A DNA stretch of 63,909 nt, counting the filler, from Candidatus Fermentibacterota bacterium (GTDB lineage Bacteria > JAFGKV01), in the NCBI GenBank assembly GCA_016928395.1. It is 6 parts of 6 records of this genome, joined end to end, with 100 filler letters (N's around TTAATTAATTAA, not from the genome) between each part and the next. Parts side by side here need not be neighbours in the genome. Positions count along the whole stretch, not along the records: positions 1 to 13,649 come from JAFGKV010000217.1; positions 13,750 to 21,479 come from JAFGKV010000219.1; 4 more parts are not named here. One strand, written 5' to 3'. Below the pieces are notes generated by a model, which did not search any database, was not told the DNA's origin, and was given only the letters and a program-made list of their open reading frames with translations. A program made the position numbers and the translations under genes. Each line of letters opens with the position of its first letter. Position 1 is the first letter of the stretch. Below, one piece after another: positions 9,566-18,145 of this stretch.

Positions 9566-10990
9566 TCAGCCTCTTTGCAGCGCTGACCGCAGAAAGGCCC
9601 AGGCATTTACCAGCGCGGCCTTCGCGCCGGCGCGGCGTAGATTGTACCAGATAGTCTTCGGGCGAAGGTAGAACCGCAGATAGGCGATCCTCTGGTAACG
9701 ACGAAGATCGGTTTCAGAGAGATCATTCACTGTTATTACAGGCGTCCCGTACCTTCGATACATCTCCCAGTCTTCTGTGAGAAGTGTGAGTCCACCCACA
9801 CCATTAAGCGCCATCTCAAATAACTCGCTTCCGGGGTACGGGGTAGAAATGTTTATGTACGCTTGATATACATCCAAAGAATTGACAAACTCTATTGTCT
9901 TCTTTATGGTCATCCTTGTTTCGTATGGGTGCCCCAACATGAAGGAGCATCTCGTTTCAATACCCATGTCCTTGCACAGAGAGTATGCCTTCCGATAGTC
10001 ATCCAGTGCGACACCCTTCTTGATGGCCTTGAGAATCTCCGGATCACCGCTTTCCACTCCGAATGAAAGGCGAACGAGCCCTGCCCGCTGCAGCAGGCGC
10101 AAGAGCTCCTCGTCCACGAGATTGGCTCTGGTATAGCCCTCGAAGGTCATGTCGAACCGTCGTTCGATAAGCGCGCGACAGAGAGCCTCGGTACGCTGTC
10201 GGTTCAGGGTCAGGTTATCATCCTGAATCATGATGTGGCGGATTCCCAAGTCCTCCACGATGTGACGGATCTCCTCGACGACCCCTGCCACTGACCGGAA
10301 TCGCACGTCTCGCGGGAACACACGCGAGACGCTGCAGAACGCGCAATTGAAGGGACATCCCCGATGGGTAATCAAGGAGGTGACCCTCCGGAACCCCCTC
10401 CCGGGCACTGACCACACGTAGCGGTGAGCCTGCAGGAGGTCTCTCGCAGGAAGAGGAATCCTGTCGATGTCTGCTGGGGCGCGTGGGGGGCCTCGATACA
10501 CGGCGCCGCCGGGCGCCGGAACCAAAGTGCCCGGAATACCCGCCAGGGGCCGGCCGGCAGCCCACGTCGCAACGATCTCCGACAGTGTCTCCTCGCCTTC
10601 CCCGAACACGCATACATCGGCCGCGCATCCCTCCTCATATACCCGCTCCATGAGGGCAGACACGTGCACTCCGCCCAAGACCGTGAGCAGCTCTATCTTT
10701 CTCGACTTCATGTCGCCGAGTATCGCGTTCGCGTCATGGAACAGGGGCGTTGTCGCGGTCAACGCGACGATATCCGGGGCGAGCGTGACGATATCATCGA
10801 CCAAGGCGCGGGGATCAGGATACCCTTGAACCTCACAGTCGCGAATGTACACCTCGTGGCCGGCGGCCCGGAGTGCGCCGGCGAGATAGGTAATGCCCAA
10901 CGGCATCTGTGGGGTCGCCGCCACCCGCGCAGCCGCGCGGTAGGGGCCATAGATGTGCGAGAAGGAGGGGTTGATCAGGGCGGCTCTCAC
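9566..10990 (-). CDS. B12-binding domain radical SAM protein
   Basis: PLGITYLAG, GGVHVS, GEGE, RGCPFNCAFC (CxxxCxxC) and GVESG motifs. Confidence 0.92.
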   Translation of the reverse strand: MRAALINPSFSHIYGPYRAAARVAATPQMPLGITYLAGALRAAGHEVYIRDCEVQGYPDPRALVDDIVTLAPDIVALTATTPLFHDANAILGDMKSRKIELLTVLGGVHVSALMERVYEEGCAADVCVFGEGEETLSEIVATWAAGRPLAGIPGTLVPAPGGAVYRGPPRAPADIDRIPLPARDLLQAHRYVWSVPGRGFRRVTSLITHRGCPFNCAFCSVSRVFPRDVRFRSVAGVVEEIRHIVEDLGIRHIMIQDDNLTLNRQRTEALCRALIERRFDMTFEGYTRANLVDEELLRLLQRAGLVRLSFGVESGDPEILKAIKKGVALDDYRKAYSLCKDMGIETRCSFMLGHPYETRMTIKKTIEFVNSLDVYQAYINISTPYPGSELFEMALNGVGGLTLLTEDWEMYRRYGTPVITVNDLSETDLRRYQRIAYLRFYLRPKTIWYNLRRAGAKAALVNAWAFLRSALQRG

Positions 10991-11121
10991 GGGAACGACC
11001 TACCCGTGAGAACCGTGCGGTCTGCGCTCAGACAAGCGCCCCGGGGAAGCCGGGCGCTCCTCTAGGGTGTGGGCGGACTCTGAGTGCTCTTGGTGCATTT
11101 CCATGCACAATGGCACACCAC

Positions 11122-11604
11122 TCACGGTCTGTAGCCGATGTCCTTCAGAAGACGATGACGGGCCTCGCGTTCCTTGGGGCCCTCCACGCCGAGAGGGGAG
11201 CTCCCGTCTGCCACACCGAGAATGGCCCGGCCTTCACCCGCCCTCATGGTGATCACCTGCACGGGGTTGGCCGTGGCGCAATAGACAGCGCAGAGTTCCG
11301 GAACCGCCTTCAAGGCTCCCATGACATTGATGGGGTAAGCGTCTTTTAGCACGATGACTAGGGCATGCCCGGCACCCAACGCCATGGCATTCCGCACCGC
11401 CGCTTCCTCCAAGGCGGGGTCATTACCGTCGTGTCGCACGAGGCGGTCCTGACTCGCCTCGTTGAAGGCGATACCGAAGCGTATTCCGGGTGCGGCGCCG
11501 GCCAGAGCCTCGAACACATCATCCACCGTCTTGATAAAGTGCGCCTGGCCGATGATGATGTTGCATCTCTCGGGGATATCGAGTTGGACTAGTTCAGGCT
11601 GCAT
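11122..11604 (-). CDS. Adenosine-specific kinase family (DUF355)
   Basis: NIIIGQAHFIKTV, FGIAFNEAS, YPINV, CATANP and GRAILGV motifs. Confidence 0.88.
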   Translation of the reverse strand: MQPELVQLDIPERCNIIIGQAHFIKTVDDVFEALAGAAPGIRFGIAFNEASQDRLVRHDGNDPALEEAAVRNAMALGAGHALVIVLKDAYPINVMGALKAVPELCAVYCATANPVQVITMRAGEGRAILGVADGSSPLGVEGPKEREARHRLLKDIGYRP

Positions 11605-12826
11605 CGGGGGACTCCTCCTCGCTGGGCGCAGAGGGCGCGCTTGATGCGTAGTACGCTGACGACCGATACCTGGCCAGCGCCCACTGACCGCCGAGACGGA
11701 TGAGCCCGGCCGCAGGAACGGCCAGAAACACGCCGGCGACGCCGAACAGGCTGGCACCGGCAACAACAGAGAGAATGATGACGGCGGGGTGGAGCTTCAT
11801 GCGAACACGCATGATCTGCACGGAGATCACGAAATTGTCCAAGACCTGCAGCACCGCGAATACGATACCCACCTTCAGCAGATATGACCAGGGCTGTGCC
11901 ACTGTCGGGGCCAGAAGGGCCGCGAAGGCCACGCTCACCATGAGCCCAATGGTGGGAATGATGTTCAGCGCCCCGGCGACCAGCCCGATGAGGGCCGCAT
12001 ACGGCGCGGAAAGCACCGCAAGGCCCGCCGCGGTCAGGGAACCAACCAGCAACGCCACCAGCAACTGGCCGCGAAACCAGGAGCCGATGGTGGTGTCGAT
12101 CTCGCGAAAAGCCGCTCTGACCCCAGTCAGTCGATTCGGCACCAAGGCGCGGAGCCATGCCATGAGCCGGTCCATGCGCAGGAGGGTGTAGAAGCTTACC
12201 ACGACCACCAGCATCGCCGTGACCGCCGCGCTGAACGCGGTGGTCAGCGCCTTGGTAACGCCCAGAGCCCCATGCGCCATGCGAGACAAGATGGCATCAA
12301 CGCTGAGGATCCTCTCGCGCACATCCATCGCCTCCAAGGGAACGCCGAGCTCCTGGAGCCGTCTCTGGGCCGATGCCAGCCATCTGTCAGCAGATGCCGC
12401 AGCGTCGGGAAGACGGTTGATGATCTCGCGGATCTGGCCCGCGGCGGTCGGGAGGACCAGTATGCCGATTGCGACGATCACGGCAATGAGAAACACACCC
12501 AACGTCAGCGATGCCACAAGTCGGGGAATGCGAAGACGCTGCAGCCTGTTTACAAAGGGGTTGAGGAGGTAGACCACGGTGCCTCCCCAGAAAAAGGGAG
12601 TCAGCGCCCTCCATGTAAGCCGCAGGAACCAGAGCAGCAGGAGCGCGGTGGTGGTCGCCAGCACTCGAGCGGCCCACGGCGAACGTCGCTCGGGATAGAG
12701 CACGACCCAGACGAGGATGGCTAGAAGCAAAGGCGAGAGCAGCGGCGCCACCCGCCAGAGAAACAGAACGTAGAACAGCAGCCCGAGCGCGCCGATTCCC
12801 AGCGCCAGCGGCGCCTTCTCGCTCAT
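11594..12826 (-). CDS. AI-2E family transporter
   Basis: YLLNPFV, WFRGQL, NIIPTIG, LHPAVII and GVFLAVP motifs; multi-TM. Confidence 0.88.
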   Translation of the reverse strand: MSEKAPLALGIGALGLLFYVLFLWRVAPLLSPLLLAILVWVVLYPERRSPWAARVLATTTALLLLWFLRLTWRALTPFFWGGTVVYLLNPFVNRLQRLRIPRLVASLTLGVFLIAVIVAIGILVLPTAAGQIREIINRLPDAAASADRWLASAQRRLQELGVPLEAMDVRERILSVDAILSRMAHGALGVTKALTTAFSAAVTAMLVVVVSFYTLLRMDRLMAWLRALVPNRLTGVRAAFREIDTTIGSWFRGQLLVALLVGSLTAAGLAVLSAPYAALIGLVAGALNIIPTIGLMVSVAFAALLAPTVAQPWSYLLKVGIVFAVLQVLDNFVISVQIMRVRMKLHPAVIILSVVAGASLFGVAGVFLAVPAAGLIRLGGQWALARYRSSAYYASSAPSAPSEEESPDAA

Positions 12827-12830
12827 GCCC

Positions 12831-13547
12831 CTACATCCTCAGAAGTCCATACTTCACGATACAGTGAAGAGCCCTGACGGCATCTCTCCACCCGATCTTC
12901 TTGCCTTCGCTGTAATCGCGGCCCGAGTAGGAAATGCCGACCTCATACACCCGGGCCTTCAACCTCGCCACCTTGCAGGTGATTTCCGGCTCAAATCCAA
13001 AGCGATTTTCCGCCAACCAAATCCTTCTGATGATGTCGGTCCGGAAGGCCTTGTAACCTGTCTCCATGTCCGTCATGTTCAAATTCGTTACCATATTGGA
13101 CAGCAGCGTCAGCAGCCGGTTGCCCACGGAATGCCAGAACAGAAGCACCCTGTGGGATTCACCGCCGGCGAACCGTGACCCGTAGACCACGTCGGCCTTG
13201 CCGTCCAGAATCGGGCGCAGCAGGCGTGGATAATCCTCGGGGTCATACTCCAAGTCGGCGTCCTGAATCAGGATGATATCTCCCGAAGCCTCCTGGAACC
13301 CCCGGCGGAGCGCCGCGCCCTTGCCCATGTTCCTGGGCTGCCGGTAGATGTGCACCCCCGGCCGGTCTGTGTAGGCTGCCAGGACCTCGTCAGTTCCATC
13401 GGTGGATGCGTCGTCTACCACAACGATCTCCTTGGGCAGTCCGGCGTTCTGGGCAATAACCCGTTCCAGCACCGTCGCAACCGTGGTACGCTCATTGTAC
13501 ACCGGTATCACCACCGAGAGCCGGCGCCCGGAGTCTTGCACGCCCAC
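12831..13547 (-). CDS. Glycosyltransferase family 2 (DPM1-like)
   Basis: [26 protein letters not shown] and DMETGYK motifs. Confidence 0.93.
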   Translation of the reverse strand: MGVQDSGRRLSVVIPVYNERTTVATVLERVIAQNAGLPKEIVVVDDASTDGTDEVLAAYTDRPGVHIYRQPRNMGKGAALRRGFQEASGDIILIQDADLEYDPEDYPRLLRPILDGKADVVYGSRFAGGESHRVLLFWHSVGNRLLTLLSNMVTNLNMTDMETGYKAFRTDIIRRIWLAENRFGFEPEITCKVARLKARVYEVGISYSGRDYSEGKKIGWRDAVRALHCIVKYGLLRM

Positions 13548-13553
13548 GTTCTC

Positions 13554-13649
13554 CTACGGCCTCCCGATGGAGAAGTACTCGAATCCGATGGCGCGCATCG
13601 CAGCGGGATCCAGCATGTTGCGGGCATCCACGAGAATCGGGTAGTTCAT
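13554..13649 (-). CDS. ugd: C-terminal end of UDP-glucose 6-dehydrogenase (cut by contig end)
   Basis: Manual translation: MNYPILVDARNMLDPAAMRAIGFEYFSIGRP*. Confidence 0.75.
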   Translation of the reverse strand: MNYPILVDARNMLDPAAMRAIGFEYFSIGRP

Positions 13650-13749
13650 NNNNNNNNNNNNNNNNNNNNNNNNNNNNNNNNNNNNNNNNNNNNTTAATTA
13701 ATTAANNNNNNNNNNNNNNNNNNNNNNNNNNNNNNNNNNNNNNNNNNNN
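13650..13749. other. Artificial contig spacer
   Basis: N run containing TTAATTAATTAA (stops in all frames). Confidence 0.99.
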
Positions 13750-14225
13750 GAGTACAGCCGGCAGTTGGCTCTCGGCTCTCAGCCCACTCCTTTCTTCTCA
13801 CTTCTCACCCAAGGGCGCAATCGCAATCGCAATCGCTATCGCTATCGGAGCCGCAGCTCCGAGTACGAGGTCAGGATGTACTCTCAAACAAGTGCGGCCT
13901 CTGAGGACGCCGGGCTCCCTCAGAATTCTCAAGGGTGAGAGTATGCGGCGCAGCGGGCGCGTAGGCGCGGCGTCACCCACGAATGCTCGCCCTGCTGTTC
14001 GCGACTGACGTCGCTCCTACATTCTACGTCCACGGCGCTGTTGCCTCGTAGGGGCGATCGTCCCTGGTCGCCCGCCGGTGGCTCGGGGTCGGTATCGCTA
14101 TCGGTATCGGTGTCGTTGTCGTAATCGACGAGCTAGGGCAGTCGAGCGCGGGGCCTTGGATTGGCGGAATGGGGGAACGATGGATGACTGGATGGATGAA
14201 TGGAAGGATGGGGCGAGTGACTCAG
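13750..14225 (+). repeat. Mosaic intergenic repeat island A
   Basis: Heptamer and ATCGCA/ATCGGT tracts, 67-bp core at 13878-13944, GTAGG REP-like pair, 38 bp identical to 53935-53972, TGGA tract. Confidence 0.8.
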
Positions 14226-14238
14226 GAGTGGCCGGGAT

Positions 14239-15270
14239 TCACCCTTCGGCCTTGGGTCTGAAGCTCGGATTCTGAGACCCAGGAGGGGGTCGGGAGGACG
14301 CCCCACATCCAGCGGTGCGGGGCCCCGCACACCCCTCAAGAAGGAGGAAGATGCACGCCGTGGGCCAAGTCTCGGGGCACACCCTCTGTGTCGTTTGCAG
14401 GCATCCCACGTGCTGCATGGTTTCCGGTGTGCTGAGGAGGTCATGCCGGGCCAGGGGTAAGGACCACTGAAACTCGAAAGCCGAATAGGGCATCGAAGGA
14501 TCGATATTCCATTCGGCCAGATGCGGCATGATCGTGGTGTCTGCAACCGTCTGAAGTGCGGTTGCCAACGTTTCATCAAGCCCCGCCGTGAACGACAGCC
14601 CCACGGGGCTTTTCTGGAAGAAAGTGGCGTAGAATACACAGGCAGCCAAATAGGAGCCCGGAAGCGCCGGGTGATACTCATCCGGGTTGAACAGGACTTC
14701 CAGGGGGATCCCGCCATGGTAGGCGTTCTGCCATGCCACCCCGGCCGGCGCGACCGGGGTACCCAGGGAGTCGGCGAGGCACAGGTACGCAGTGGTCACC
14801 GAATCCTGCATGGCGTCATAGTCTTCGAACTCAGGGCTGGAGTAGCCGCCGAACGATTCAACCCACGGGCCGGTGTGATTGTGACCCCAGGTCATGTAGA
14901 GGACGGTGGTCGCGCACGGGGTGTGGGCGTGGGCGATAGAGTCCAGCGCCATGGCCCCCGGGAACATGAAGGTGTCACGCAAATAGGGGATGCAGGGGAA
15001 CTGACTCTGCTCCTGGAGTACGACATAGTCCCACCCTCCAAGCTCCAGGAGCCCAAGGGACACGGGGTTCATCACGTGGGCATTGGGCGGATAGGACAGG
15101 GTGCACCCGCCGGGCGTGCTGGATGCGACGTTCAGAGTATCGCCCCCCTCTGTAGCCAAGTTCTGGACCAGAGAGGGGAGGTCGTTGAAATAGGTGTGGC
15201 TGTTGCCGAGGAATAGCACCGAGAGTGACTCGGCGCCCGCAGCAGCGCAGAGAGCCCACAAAGCGAACAT
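14239..15270 (-). CDS. Secreted SGNH/DUF4886-like hydrolase; C-terminus may be replaced
   Basis: VLFLGNSHT, WDYVVLQEQS, YMTWG and DEYHP..GSYLAAC motifs; family-like character is lost after PYSAFEFQW. Confidence 0.75.
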   Translation of the reverse strand: MFALWALCAAAGAESLSVLFLGNSHTYFNDLPSLVQNLATEGGDTLNVASSTPGGCTLSYPPNAHVMNPVSLGLLELGGWDYVVLQEQSQFPCIPYLRDTFMFPGAMALDSIAHAHTPCATTVLYMTWGHNHTGPWVESFGGYSSPEFEDYDAMQDSVTTAYLCLADSLGTPVAPAGVAWQNAYHGGIPLEVLFNPDEYHPALPGSYLAACVFYATFFQKSPVGLSFTAGLDETLATALQTVADTTIMPHLAEWNIDPSMPYSAFEFQWSLPLARHDLLSTPETMQHVGCLQTTQRVCPETWPTACIFLLLEGCAGPRTAGCGASSRPPPGSQNPSFRPKAEG

Positions 15271-15359
15271 AGTAGGGGAGAGAGATGGCCTGCCGGCAGC
15301 GAACACGATACCTCCGAATCGATGGAAGAAACCCTGCGGAGGGAGAATACGTAGCGATA

Positions 15360-15634
15360 CCCGGGAAAACAATGGTCCCCTTGAAGGCCCCGTGTGCAGA
15401 GTGGAGTTCGACATACTCCGCCGCAAGGGTACGAGGGCGTATCATCTTGACTGGAATCCCCTCTCGCGGCGTTGGGATACTCTGCCGTGCGAGGGATGCG
15501 GCGTCATGTCGCCCGCCCATGTCGTGTGTGACGACCGGCTCCACCTGCTGTGCCGGGACTGTCTGAGCCCATGCCCGCGATGCGGCAAGGAGTACTGCCG
15601 GTCCTGCCACTCCAAGGCTTGCCCCCGTTGCTAG
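15360..15634 (+). pseudogene. Start-less C-terminal Cys-rich zinc-finger fragment
   Basis: WNPLSRRWDTLPCEGC...CDDRLHLLCRDC...CPRCGKEYCRSCHSKACPRC*; no credible start codon or RBS. Confidence 0.55.
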
Positions 15635-15685
15635 GGTCATCTTCCGAGCAAGCCCTCTCCGACGAACCGGAACTACCGATTGACC

Positions 15686-16110
15686 ACTATTCTAATGCGA
15701 GAATAGTCCCCGAGGAGTGTGCCCGACGCGATTGATTCGGTCTGGCATCATGCCGCGGACTCATGCGCCTCCCGCAGTATCGGCGGAGCATGTGGCCTGA
15801 GTGCATTGGAGCGAGGGGATGTTGGGGCAGAATCAAGAATCCAGTATTCAGAATGCAGAAGCCGGGTTCGGGGTGCAGTCGGGCCTCTGAGAGTACGATG
15901 CGCTTTCAGGATTCTCAGGGTTGAGAGTACGGGGCGCTGGTGGCTATCGGCTGTCAGCTGTCAGCTCACTCCCTCACTCCTCACTCAGGGTAGGTATCGC
16001 TGTCGTTGTCGTAATCGTAGTCGTGGGTCGCCGAGCCGGGCGCTCGATTCCGGGATCTGGATGGATGAACGGAAGATTGGATGATTGGATGGATGGATGG
16101 ATACAGATGA
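15686..16110 (+). repeat. Mosaic repeat island B (palindrome copy plus core at 15877-15930)
   Basis: ACTATTCTAATGCGAGAATAGTCCCC; GGCCTCTGAG...TTGAGAGTAC core; CTCACTC, GTCGTA and TGGA tracts. Confidence 0.75.
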
Positions 16111-16261
16111 GGCCGGGTCATTGGCGATTCCGGCGCGAAGCTGATTGGAGTTGACCCGTGCGCCCGGTCCATGCCATCATGGGTGCTCTCCGCGTCTGCT
16201 CCGGCCAGGCGGGGCTGTATCCTTCGAGGGCCGGTCTACACCTTGTCGGGAGACGCAGCGC

Positions 16262-17956
16262 ATGCGACGGTTCCGTGCAGTTCCTGCTTCCACTAGGCCG
16301 CTTCTTGTCATCGTGGTGTGCGCCACGGCCGCGGGTCTTTCCGCCGTGGCATTCATGCTCGCGACCCATGCTATATTCGCGGCGACCATGGAGCGCTTCG
16401 CCGAAGGCTCACTTGTGGGGTTCGCGTGGAAGTCACTCCTGACCATCACTGTCTCGTCTCTGGCCGTTGGCCTCCTGCTGTACCGCATCAGCCCTCAGGC
16501 GGCCGGCAGCGGCATCCCTCAGCTCAAGGTCGCCTTCTGGAAGGATCTCGGGTTTCTGCCGTTCCGCATATCTCTCGTCAAGTTCGTGGCCGGAGCCCTG
16601 AGCATCGGCGGGGGATCGAGCCTGGGGCGCGAGGGTCCCTCCGCGTTCATCGCGGGGGGGGTTGCCTCAGCCTTGGGAGGCCGGCTGGGGGTGTTCAAGG
16701 CCTCCCGGAGGGGCGTGACATCCGCCGGTTCTGCAGCCGGGCTTGCCGCGGCGTTTAACACACCCATGGCATCCATCGGCTTTCTCGTCGAGGAGATTAT
16801 CGGTGACCTGAACACCCGGTACCTGGGCGGTGCTGCCTTGGCCGCAGTCATGGGCGCGTTTGCTGTCCATGCGGTGATAGGGCCTCAGCCTTCCTTTCTC
16901 CTTCCGGTGGTACAGGCAAACACGTGGACGATGTACATGGTCGTGCCAGTGGTGGCCAGCCTGGCGGCACTCTTGGGTATCGCGTTCCAGCGAGCGACAT
17001 TGCGCTGGCGCATGGTTTTTCGGGGGCAAACCAAAGTGCCTGCATGGGCTTTGCCCGTGTTTGGTGGCTGGATCACGTGGATCCTGGGCATCGCGGCCTT
17101 CCACGCCACGGGGCGCGTGGGCGTGTTCGGCCTCGGGTATCACGACCTGTCGGATGCCCTGACCGGCGCGGTGCCCTGGTCGGCTGCGGTGCTTCTGGTC
17201 CTGTGCAAGCTCGTGGCCACCGTGGCGTGCTATTCCGCAGGCGGATGCGGCGGCATTTTCGCCCCGACCTTGTTTCTGGGGGGGCTCACCGGCGCCGCGG
17301 TGGCAGGATTCGCCTCACTATCCCTTCCATTGGCCGAGGCCGATCAGATCATCCTGGCCGCCGTCGGCATGAGCGCGTGTTTCGGCGCAGTTGTGCAGGC
17401 ACCTCTCACTGCACTGCTCATCGTGTTCGAGATGACGCATCAGTTCCAGCTCGTGCCGGCCCTTATCATGGCGACCGTGATCTCCCAGGCCATTGCCCGT
17501 CGCGGAGGAGGGCACAACTTTTACGATGCTCTGCTGGAACAGGATGGCCACGAGCTGATGAAGATCAAGCCTCCCAGAGACTTGGGAAGCTGGCGGAACC
17601 TCCCGGTCTCCGTAGTAGCGAACCGGCGGCCTGTAGCCATACCCGGGTTGGACCGCGAGGGGTTGCGGCGCCTGCTGGTGACAACACCCTACCAGAGCTA
17701 TCCGGTGGAGCATGACGGGAAGCCGATTGGGATAGTGACGCGCAAAGCGATCCAGCAGGCTGTGACCACGGGTTCCGAACCGCCCGTTGACCCCGTGGTC
17801 ACCGTGTTTCCCGCCCAGACTATCCATGAGGCCTCGCAGCAGTTCATCCGCTCCACCCAGGGATTGATTGTCGTCGTTGACCCCGACTCAGGGCGCATGA
17901 CAGGTATTCTCACCCTCCACGACTTGCTCCGTGCCCAGGCGGCCGTGCAGGAGTAG
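16262..17956 (+). CDS. ClC family chloride channel/antiporter with CBS domains
   Basis: GSGIP, GREGP, GGIFAP and EMT motifs; C-terminal CBS pair. Confidence 0.92.
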   Translation: MRRFRAVPASTRPLLVIVVCATAAGLSAVAFMLATHAIFAATMERFAEGSLVGFAWKSLLTITVSSLAVGLLLYRISPQAAGSGIPQLKVAFWKDLGFLPFRISLVKFVAGALSIGGGSSLGREGPSAFIAGGVASALGGRLGVFKASRRGVTSAGSAAGLAAAFNTPMASIGFLVEEIIGDLNTRYLGGAALAAVMGAFAVHAVIGPQPSFLLPVVQANTWTMYMVVPVVASLAALLGIAFQRATLRWRMVFRGQTKVPAWALPVFGGWITWILGIAAFHATGRVGVFGLGYHDLSDALTGAVPWSAAVLLVLCKLVATVACYSAGGCGGIFAPTLFLGGLTGAAVAGFASLSLPLAEADQIILAAVGMSACFGAVVQAPLTALLIVFEMTHQFQLVPALIMATVISQAIARRGGGHNFYDALLEQDGHELMKIKPPRDLGSWRNLPVSVVANRRPVAIPGLDREGLRRLLVTTPYQSYPVEHDGKPIGIVTRKAIQQAVTTGSEPPVDPVVTVFPAQTIHEASQQFIRSTQGLIVVVDPDSGRMTGILTLHDLLRAQAAVQE

Positions 17957-17970
17957 GGGGCTCGCGCTGG

Positions 17971-18141
17971 CTGTCGCCACGCCGCTCTGTGGCGTGTAGA
18001 ACGAACCAACCCGGCGACAGAGCGCCGGGGCTACAGCAGTGGGGACCACAACTGAAGGCGGGTCTGCCGCAGACCACTGATGAACCGACGAGTGCCTACT
18101 GCCTACTGCCTACTGGCTACTGCCGACTGCCGACTGCCTAC
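17971..18141. repeat. REP-like inverted pair (17971-18036) plus 7x TGCCTAC-type heptamer (18093-18141)
   Basis: CTGTCGCCACGCCGCTCTGTGGCGTG ... CCCGGCGACAGAGCGCCGGGGCTACAG; seven tandem heptamers; lies between convergent genes. Confidence 0.8.
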
Positions 18142-18145
18142 TTCT

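Noticed and set aside
13898-13930. Core as a hammerhead ribozyme (CTGAGGA)
   Set aside because: The required GAAA after stem II is absent, and the CTGA is itself base-paired.
13878-13944. Core as an integron attC site
   Set aside because: The ends loosely resemble AAC...GTT boxes, but the L boxes do not pair at attC spacing, no ORFs are flanked in cassette fashion, and there is no intI.
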